Source of the DNA: Basidiobolus meristosporus CBS 931.73
Lineage: Eukaryota > Fungi > Basidiobolomycota
Direction: 5' to 3'
Assembly: GCA_002104905.1 (NCBI GenBank)
Contig: MCFE01000719.1
Coordinates: 1 to 42,268, forward strand
DNA: 42,268 bases
Part shown: positions 35,111 to 42,268 of the stretch, piece by piece
Layout: each line of letters begins with the position of its first letter
Numbering within the stretch: the stretch's first letter is position 1
Program-made: the position numbers and the translations under genes
Notes under the pieces: model-generated
What the model saw: the letters and a program-made list of their open reading frames with translations, nothing else
Databases searched by the model: none
Told to the model about the DNA's origin: nothing

Positions 35111-35438
35111 TAGAAGGGAAAGTCACTTTGGTAGTAGAATATTTATTTGGTTTAAAACTGACTAAAGGTAGTGAAGCTAGCTAACAGGCTGAAAATTGCT
35201 CTGCAGACTGTAGTAGAAAAAGCTGTTATATGGGCAGCAGATGACCCTCAGAGGTATTCAAACAGTATGTAGGAGGCTTCACATTAGTCAATACTGGGGG
35301 GTTCTGTATCAAGCAGCAGTAGTATGTAAAAACTAGCTACTTGGAAGAAGTATGTTATATAGTATTGTTATGGTAAAGTAATCTTTGTAATAAACATAAG
35401 TTCAATTGTATTTTTCTTAAATTTTTGATGCCATTCTT
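35111..35438 (-). mobile_element. Array unit E: degenerate 3' fragment of a related LINE
   Basis: Eroded tail AATAAATATT..GTGACTTTCCCTTCTA at 35111-35150. The body weakly resembles the ORF2 C-terminus (WHQKFKKNT.ELM.I vs WQQYLQQHTPFMMNI). Confidence 0.55.
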
Positions 35439-35439
35439 C

Positions 35440-35920
35440 TTAGAGGGGGAGACAGTCACCAACATGTAAAATCTTTATTTCAGTTGAAACAAAGAAGCCA
35501 GCACTACTGTTGTAGCTTTGATACAAGAGTGTGTAGCTGAGGGGAATTTGTATGTAAGTTTATAAGGAGAGATGATAGTTCTTCAGTGATCAAGACACTG
35601 TTTAGTGGGAAGGGGAATAGCAAGAGGGGTAAGAATGATCTCTGCACAACTAGTGTATCCAAGAGAAAAGTGTAATAAAACCCTTGAATGGTTTAACTGA
35701 ACCTAAGTGACAACTAAATGCAGAATCTTAGAATTGTCAGAGAGTGGCAGAAATATCAGCAGAGAAATTCTGGTTCAATATTGATCTTGTATATAGCTGG
35801 GTTTGGCTATAAAGGCAACAAAGTTGGTTTTCCACACAGGCTAGACTTGGAGTTCTTGGGTGTGCTAGGTATGCTAGGCTTGGGTAGAAATTAGAATGCA
35901 ATGGTTGAATTCTTAATTTT
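35440..35920 (-). mobile_element. Array unit D: short copy of the unit-B LINE family (3' ~210 bp) with an unassigned 5' part
   Basis: 35440-35652 is ~90% identical by eye to 36537-36748. 35652-35920 is not in unit B and may be endonuclease-derived. Confidence 0.8.
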
Positions 35921-35923
35921 GCT

Positions 35924-36534
35924 TAGGGGGAGGGAAAGTCACCAAGGTAGGTGAAATCTTTATTTGATTGCAGACAAGTCTAACTACAAATAAAGAAGCC
36001 AGCTGGGAATAGAAGATTCCCAAAGTAAACACTAAGTTGAATATGAATAAATCTAAGCTAAAGTTAAGGCAGTATCCCAGAGTACACTGGAGTTCAGGTT
36101 CATGGGGGAGTAAGTAGATAAGCTTGAGAGATATAATAATCTTTGAGGAAGTGGGTAACAGCAGGTGAAGGGGAGTTTTTGATAAGAGAAGTGAATCTTG
36201 AGAGCAGAGATTCCTCTAAGGAGAAGGTCTTGTAAACTGGAGAATCAGGAAACTCTTTAAAGGCATGGTCAGTAGGTTCCCAGTAAAACTGGTCAGAGAC
36301 ATTTTGAGAGAACTCTTTAACAATACTTTTGTCAAGTACTACCTCCAGAGTGTGATGGTTGATAAATCTCATGTTAACAAACTTGGATAAATTGTAACCT
36401 TGTTGCTTGAGATACATCCTATGGTCAGATATAGGAATAAACTCCACATTGGCAAAGTAGCAGACAGCCCAGTCAGTAGCAGGAGGCAAACCAGAAGTGG
36501 CAGGAAACTTTCTTTTAGTCTTGGGAAGAGCAGC
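35924..36534 (-). mobile_element. Array unit C: ORF1-only non-LTR element (5'-truncated)
   Basis: 144-codon open frame (36534-36100) whose C-terminus aligns with the ORF1 end of unit A, then ~130 nt of UTR and the shared tail. No ORF2 trace. Confidence 0.75.
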
Positions 36535-36546
36535 AGTTAGGGGGGG

Positions 36547-38711
36547 GAGACAGTCACCAACAGGTGAAATCTTTATTTCAGTTGAAACAAAGAAGCCAGC
36601 ACTACTGTTGTAGCTTTGATACAAGAGTGTGTAGCTGAGGGGAATTTGTAGGTAAGTTAATAAGAAGTGATGATAGTTCTTCAGTGCTCAAGACACTGTT
36701 CAGTGGGAAGGGGGGTAGCAAGAGAGGTAAGAATGACTTGTGAACAACATTAATGAGGGGAATGTGATAAGGATTGATATTCATCATAAAGGGAGTGTGC
36801 TGCTGCAGATATTGCTGCCAAAGGTCTGTCAAGTACTTCAGGTAGGCCAGCTTGGGTTTTTCTGACTGCAGAATATAGTGAGCAAACTTCTTGACTTCAG
36901 GATCTCCAAGTATAGTTCTCCAGCAGGAGTCAGGTGTAGTGTGGTGTGTTCTCTTCCATACCTTAATCAGTGGGTTGTTGCAGTTGTGAAGTCTGAGGTA
37001 TAATATGGTTCTAAGGTAGAGAAGTCTGATCTTATAGGGCATAAACCCAAAAGCACCAAGAATAGCATGTCTGTAGGGGCATTCAGGCAAATGAGGCACC
37101 AAGGAGGTAATGCACCATACTGCAAACTTGTCAAGCTTAGTGCAGTCTCTAGAAGTAAGAGAGAGAAGTGGTAAGCCAAATTCCAGGACAGGGAAGACAA
37201 ACTGCTTGAGTAGAAGAAGGCAGCTGGGAGCTGAAGTTGTAGGAGGAGTAACAGTCAGTAGCTTGTGGAGTGCCTGTCTTGCCAGGATAATTCTCTTCTT
37301 CAGGTGTGCTCCAGAGTCTAGTCCAGTAGGAAGGAAAGGAAAGCCAAGATATGTAGCTGAGACCTGAGCAGGTAGAGTGGAGTTCTCCAAGTTGATGGGA
37401 GAGCCCAAAGGTACTGTCTTTGCAATAGAAAGCTGGAGATTATTCTTCTGCAGATACTGGTGGATGGTCTGGGAGTCTTGTTGCACATTGGAGGAGGATA
37501 TTCTGATGTCATCAGCAAAGAGAGTAACCAGGCAGTCAGCTGAGAGTCTTGGGAAATCATTCAGGAAGATGGCAAACAGTATAGGACCAAGCACAGAGCC
37601 TTGAACCACTCCATTAGGAACTGAGAACACAGCTGATTGCTCACTTGGGTGCAGAATTCTTGCTTGTGGATCCAGAAACAGAGACCTGACAAGGAGGGTG
37701 AGAGAGGTACTGGAGAAGCATTGCAACTTGGACCAAAGCAGATTTCTGTCAACTGAATCAAAGGCCTTAGTAATATCAAACAGAACAGAGGGATACTTGC
37801 ACTGGAGAGAGTGATCTTGGCTAAGTATGACTGCATATTCCAAGGAGAGGCCAGGAACAAAGCCACACTGTGCAGGATGAAACTTGAGGGAGTCAGAGTA
37901 GAGCTCCTGAGCAAGCAGAAGCTCAAACACCTTTCTGCAGGTGGGCAGCAGAGATATTGGCCTGTAGGAGCTAGGATCCAGGTGCTTTCCTTTACCCTTG
38001 TACAGTGGCAGAACATTTGCAAAGGACCATTCCTCAGGAGTAGAAAGCTGGGCTGAGCATTGCTGAAACAGTGGAAGCAGAAGTGCAGACATGGCCTTGG
38101 TACTAGTCTTCAGAAGCTCATAAGAGATTGTGTCCACACCTGGAGCAGTAGAGTTGGGAAGCCTCTTGAGCACATTATGGATTCTCCTTTGATCAAGTGC
38201 AAGTGGGATGGGCAGAGTCTTGAAGTCAGGATGAAAGCCAGGAGTTGAGTACTGCTTTGTAGAGAAGAAGATGTTAGCCAGCTGTTCTGTTGAAGGTAAC
38301 TTCCTGGAAGAGGGCCTCATTGCCCTGTAGAGTCTTGATACTGTTCTTGTTATAGAGTTGGAAGATTGCAGAGGCAAAGAACTCATAATATGATCCCAGA
38401 GCTGAGTATGCAGAGTGTGGTGAATTGCCTTGGAGTGGTGTATTGCTGTCAGGAGGAGTTTCTCTGTTTTTGGGTTAGGGAAACTCAGGTAGCTTTGTTG
38501 CAGGGCTGAAACAATGGATTCCCATTTTCTTGAGGTAACAGCAGTAGTCTTGCATGGTAGTGAGAGGGAGGCAGACACCAGAATCAGATGCTTCACAAAG
38601 AGCCAGGCATAGTTGAGATCATCTGGCAGAGAAAGTAGCAAACTGGCAAGCTTCAAGTAGTTCCCAAAGTCTTTCTTCTGATGCTTGGTAGCTTTGTGGG
38701 TGAGCACAGTA
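36547..38711 (-). mobile_element. Array unit B: 5'-truncated LINE with an intact 701-aa RT ORF (36602-38707)
   Basis: RT motifs PGVDTI, YRPISLL, FDITKAFDSVDR, GVVQGSVLGP, FADDI, YLG. Begins just after the endonuclease region. Flanked by 12-bp AGTTAGGGGGGG at 36535-36546 and 38712-38723. Confidence 0.93.
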
Positions 38712-38723
38712 AGTTAGGGGGGG

Positions 38724-39136
38724 AGGAAAGTCACCAAGTGGTGATATCTTTATTTACTTATGACAAGTATCTAAAGAGGCCAAGTTAATCTGAAGTAATT
38801 CCTAGAAAGCTAGGTCTGAGAGATATCTTCCTGGTAAGCCAGGTCTGAGAGTTGAGAAGCTGAGTGGTACTATATTTCCTAGTTAGCAAGGTCTGAGAGA
38901 GGTTTCCTGGAAAGCCAGGCCTGAGAAGTGAGAATCTGAATATATCTGAGCTAAGTTATACTGGTTTGCAGTAGCTGAATTGTGGCCGGAATGGCCAGTA
39001 GACTGGGGAACTGAGATGAATTTCTGGGCGATCACTGGCCAAATTTACTAGGCAAATCTGGCCAATTAGCATTTCAAGGATTTCAGCCAATCAGAGCCTT
39101 TACTTTGCCGATGGTTGATCAAGCCATCTCCCAATG
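38724..39136 (-). mobile_element. Array unit S: ~410-bp non-coding SINE-like element with the LINE tail
   Basis: No ORF or LINE-coding homology. Ends in AATAAAGATATCACCACTTGGTGACTTTCC. Contains four 20-bp palindromic repeats. Confidence 0.65.
38801..38925. repeat. Four imperfect 20-bp units CCTRG-N4-CYAGGTCTGAG arranged as a duplicated dimer
   Basis: Units start at 38801, 38830, 38878 and 38906, each preceded by TT. Confidence 0.85.
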
Positions 39137-39228
39137 AGGGTTAGGGGAGGGAAAGTCACCAAGTTGGTGAAATCTTTATTTGAGTTAAGAACTAATCTAG
39201 GTACAAATAAAGAAGCCAATTAAGAGGT

Positions 39229-42078
39229 CTAGAACCTCTCTAATAAATAATCTAATTTATGTTTTGTTTTATCTCTAATGTTTGTTTCAATAAAGTAAAG
39301 CTCATCAGGGGTAAATATAAAATTCAGGGGTTTTGGGGGAAGTACAAATTGTAGATGTTTCTGATCAATATAATCCAAGACTGGAACCCAGCCTGGGATT
39401 AGGTGTAGTAGGAAAGGTGTGTGGACTTGTAAGTAGCTCTGCCACATAGATCTTAGATGGTCCTGAGCCAGTAGTCTTGGTTTCTCAGCTTTTTGAAGTT
39501 TTGAAGCAAGCTCTGTTACTACAGCAGAGCCAACCAGGGTGTGCCAGCAAGAAGATTTCAGGGAGGAGTTAGATTGAAGCCATTGTTTGATGGAGGGGTT
39601 ATGTGATTTCTGAAGTTTGACTAGGAAGGAAGCACGGAGATAGACCATTCGGATTTGGTATGGGTAGAAGCCAAAGGCTCCATTAGTTGCATGGATATAG
39701 GGAGATACTGGAAGATAAGGTACCAAGGATCTGATACACTGATGGAGAAATTTATCCAGGCGGTGAAGTTCTCTGGAGGTTAGGGGTATAATGTGGAGAC
39801 CAAACTCAAGTACCGGCAGTACATACTGCTTCAGAAGTATAGGGATCTTTTGAATTGGAGTGTCAGGAGTGACTACTACCAGAAGCTTTTTGAGAGCCTG
39901 TTGAGCAAGACGGATCCTATTATTCAGGTGGAGCTTTGAGTCAATCCCATGTTGACAAAATGGCAGACCTAGATATATTGCAGTTTGTTGTGGCAGAATG
40001 CTAGTGTTCTGTATAGTTGTAGTGCATCCAATTGGGACTGTCTTGGAAATTGAGAGTGAGAGGTTGTTGGCAGCCAAGTACTTCTCAATGATGGCAGTGT
40101 CTGCTATGGGATTAGGAGTAGCAATCTTGATATCATCCGCATAGAGAGTTAGTAGTGGATAGGGAGAGTCTGGTGAGGGGCCTTTTGGAAATAAAGGAAA
40201 GTCATGTAGGAATATCACAAATAGTAAGGGACCTAGTACAGATCCTTGGACTACTCCATTTGGAACCTCATAAGTCTCTGATGTACAACTTGGATGCAAA
40301 ATTTTGGCTGAGTTCTCACAAAATAGAGAACGTACAAGAAGGGTCATTGGTAGTGTGGTAACTGCTAATAGCTTTCTCCAAAGCAGAGCTCTGTCCACAG
40401 AGTCAAAGGCTTTAGTAATGTCAAACAGAATGGTTGGCAATGAGAATTGAAGTGAATGATCATGGCTTAGCACTACAGCCATATCCAAGGAGAGTTTGGG
40501 CAAGAAGCCAAACTGAGAAGGATGGAATGGATATAGTTGAGATTGCAAGGATCTTGCAATTATAAGCTCAAAGATTTTCCGGCAGGTTGGCAGGAGTGAA
40601 ACTGGCCGGTAAGAACCTGGGAGTGAGTGTTTCCCCTTCCCTTTGTATAAGGGTATTACATTTGCCTGTGACCAGGCCTTTGGGGTAGTCAATTGTTGGG
40701 CACAGATAGAGTAGAATGGGAGAAGTAAGTGACTCATTTTGGAGTAGCACACCCGGAGTAGATCGTAGGTAATCAAGTCATGTCCAGGTGCAGTATTTGC
40801 AGGAAGCTTCTTTAAAATTTTCTCCAGAAGCTTTGCTGAAACCAAAATTGGAGATGTTGGACTGCTAGATATGTTACCAGTATGGTAGAAAGGAGGAGTG
40901 GGATGCACGGTTGAATCAAAGAATATAGGGGCCAGTTTGTCTGGTGATGGTATACTCCTTGCTTGGGGTCTCATGGCTTTATATACTCTTGATATGGACC
41001 TTGTGGTGGCATTCATATTTACTAAGGGCAAGGTATCCATGATATGAGCCCATAATCTAGTATGCTCAGTGATCTGTAGTGACTTGGAGTAGGAGATTGC
41101 GCTTTCCAGGAGGTTCTGTGTTTTTGGGTTAGGGAAACATAGGTAGCTGGAATTTAAGGCAGAAATGATGGATTTCCATTTAAGTTGGTTTGCAGATGGC
41201 TTTTGGTAGGACTTGGTGGGCAGGGCCAGACAGCCAGTGATTATGATGAAATGCTGGTAAAATAGCCATAATGCATTTATATCATCACAAATCCATGCAG
41301 GTAAGCTGGGAAATGCATATTCTGTAAGCAAGGATAGGTAGTTGGCAAAGTCCTGTGTCTGTGATACTGAAGCTTTGGCTGGCAGGATTGTAAATGGCTG
41401 AAGAAGGGTGCCAATTGGTAGGGTTTTTCTGGCAGAAATGATAATATGTATTGGCTTGTGATCAGATTTCTCTAGTGAACCACAGCTGATATCCTCTGGA
41501 ATGCTTGTAACCTGGTGGATGTATTGTAAGGCAGCTGGAGTAGCTGTTACCCAGTCAACACAACGTTGAGCTTGCTGAGTGTTTACAGTGACCAGATGGT
41601 TTTGTCGGAGGAACTTTGTAAAGTGCTCCTCTCTAGTTCTAAGTCTGGATGAAATAGTGGTGATATTTTCAGGGTGGGGAATATTTGTATCTCCCACTAC
41701 CATACAAGGGATTGATGAGCTGTTAATGAATTCTGATGTGGCCAAGAAAATTGCCAGTGTTATGGAGTTAGACAGAGATGGAGGGAGATAGATAATAATG
41801 GCTACTATAGTTGGAAGTGTTAGAGCATAGCAGTAATACTCATAGATGATGGATACATTTGCTGAGGGTGCAAGCTTAGAAGATGAAAGAGCAACAAGTG
41901 CCATTGAGTGAGCTGGAAATCTTGGGTGAGCAGATGAATATGCATTCAGTCTAGAGGGAAGTTTTGGCAACTTAACATCAATTAGTAGGAGCAAGGAATA
42001 TTCCTTTTTCAGTAAGTTTTCTAATTCAGCTACAGTTGGAGTGATGGAGTTGCAATTGAGTAAGAGTATGTTTTGTAG
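39229..42078 (-). CDS. Array unit A ORF2: APE endonuclease + reverse transcriptase (949 codons from the upstream stop; no N-terminal ATG)
   Basis: APE motifs LNCNS, YLPP, GDTN, VDW, SDH. RT motifs PGHD, YRPVSLL, FDITKAFDSVDR, GVVQGSVLGP, YADDI, YLG. Uninterrupted frame with no obvious RNase H or CCHC tail. Confidence 0.95.
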   Translation of the reverse strand, partial: LQNILLLNCNSITPTVAELENLLKKEYSLLLLIDVKLPKLPSRLNAYSSAHPRFPAHSMALVALSSSKLAPSANVSIIYEYYCYALTLPTIVAIIIYLPPSLSNSITLAIFLATSEFINSSSIPCMVVGDTNIPHPENITTISSRLRTREEHFTKFLRQNHLVTVNTQQAQRCVDWVTATPAALQYIHQVTSIPEDISCGSLEKSDHKPIHIIISARKTLPIGTLLQPFTILPAKASVSQTQDFANYLSLLTEYAFPSLPAWICDDINALWLFYQHFIIITGCLALPTKSYQKPSANQLKWKSIISALNSSYLCFPNPKTQNLLESAISYSKSLQITEHTRLWAHIMDTLPLVNMNATTRSISRVYKAMRPQARSIPSPDKLAPIFFDSTVHPTPPFYHTGNISSSPTSPILVSAKLLEKILKKLPANTAPGHDLITYDLLRVCYSKMSHLLLPFYSICAQQLTTPKAWSQANVIPLYKGKGKHSLPGSYRPVSLLPTCRKIFELIIARSLQSQLYPFHPSQFGFLPKLSLDMAVVLSHDHSLQFSLPTILFDITKAFDSVDRALLWRKLLAVTTLPMTLLVRSLFCENSAKILHPSCTSETYEVPNGVVQGSVLGPLLFVIFLHDFPLFPKGPSPDSPYPLLTLYADDIKIATPNPIADTAIIEKYLAANNLSLSISKTVPIGCTTTIQNTSILPQQTAIYLGLPFCQHGIDSKLHLNNRIRLAQQALKKLLVVVTPDTPIQKIPILLKQYVLPVLEFGLHIIPLTSRELHRLDKFLHQCIRSLVPYLPVSPYIHATNGAFGFYPYQIRMVYLRASFLVKLQKSHNPSIKQWLQSNSSLKSSCWHTLVGSAVVTELASKLQKAEKPRLLAQDHLRSMWQSYLQVHTPFLLHLIPGWVPVLDYIDQKHLQFVLPPKPLNFIFTPDELYFIETNIRDKTKHKLDYLLERF

Positions 42079-42267
42079 TCAGGCAGACTCTGAGGTTGCC
42101 TGTTCCTGCTGAAACTCTTGCACTGCCCTTTGTAAATTTCCAGAATTATTCCACAACTCTTCAAATGGAGCTTGTGTAATGTCTTTCAGGATTCTAATTG
42201 CTTCCTCTTTCAAGAAGTAGGCCACATCATAGGTTGGAGCCTGTTTCTTAATGGCAGCAAAGAAAGC
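42079..42267 (-). CDS. Array unit A ORF1, C-terminal 62 aa (partial, continues beyond window)
   Basis: Open frame AFFAAIKKQAPTYDVAYFLKE...ATSESA ending in TGA, in frame with ORF2 and homologous to the unit C ORF. Confidence 0.75.
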   Translation of the reverse strand, partial: AFFAAIKKQAPTYDVAYFLKEEAIRILKDITQAPFEELWNNSGNLQRAVQEFQQEQATSESA

Positions 42268-42268
42268 C

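Noticed and set aside
36535-36624. Unit B tail reads in frame into the unit C ORF1 (174-aa ORF in the track)
   Set aside because: It needs a TTG start, and only 30 codons have to be open by chance. There is no evidence of a functional fusion.
38472-38481. GGGTTAGGG inside unit B (also ~41126-41134 in unit A)
   Set aside because: It is the reverse strand of the conserved coding peptide F-P-N-P-K in ORF2, not a telomeric insertion or junction.
38801-38925. Palindromic repeats with spacers resembling a mini-CRISPR array
   Set aside because: Eukaryotic context, no cas genes, 20-bp units with 8-28 nt spacers in a duplicated-dimer pattern inside a retroelement.

Overview
Eukaryotic, most likely fungal DNA (51-56 nt GT-AG introns, Ty5/copia-type half-tRNA primer sites). 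An early-diverging lineage with CpG methylation is an inference, and the taxon cannot be read from the sequence. There are three compartments. (1) 1-~23.9 kb is a CpG-depleted nest of degenerate Ty1/copia retrotransposons: about 19 LTRs or LTR fragments from two related ~348-bp LTR families, one full-length element with a TSD, three solo LTRs with TSDs, and two copies of a non-autonomous LTR element whose interior is LINE- and possibly Tc1-derived. (2) ~24-35 kb is a CpG-normal gene island with two small paralogous orphan genes, an intronless HAD phosphatase, a 3-exon cAMP-receptor-like GPCR and a 4-exon flavin-containing monooxygenase whose first intron looks like a tandem duplicate of the next exon. 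(3) 35.1 kb to the end is a strictly polar, head-to-tail array of six non-LTR retroelements on the minus strand. All six end in a shared AATAAA / TCACC-loop-GGTGA stem-loop / C-run-TAA (TTAGGGG on +) tail instead of poly(A). The array includes an autonomous APE-RT element whose ORF1 and ORF2 are in frame across a single TGA-CTA readthrough-type stop, an ORF1-only element, a SINE-like element and an apparently CpG-free 701-codon RT ORF. This array is the best candidate for an undescribed system. All alignments and counts were done by eye.
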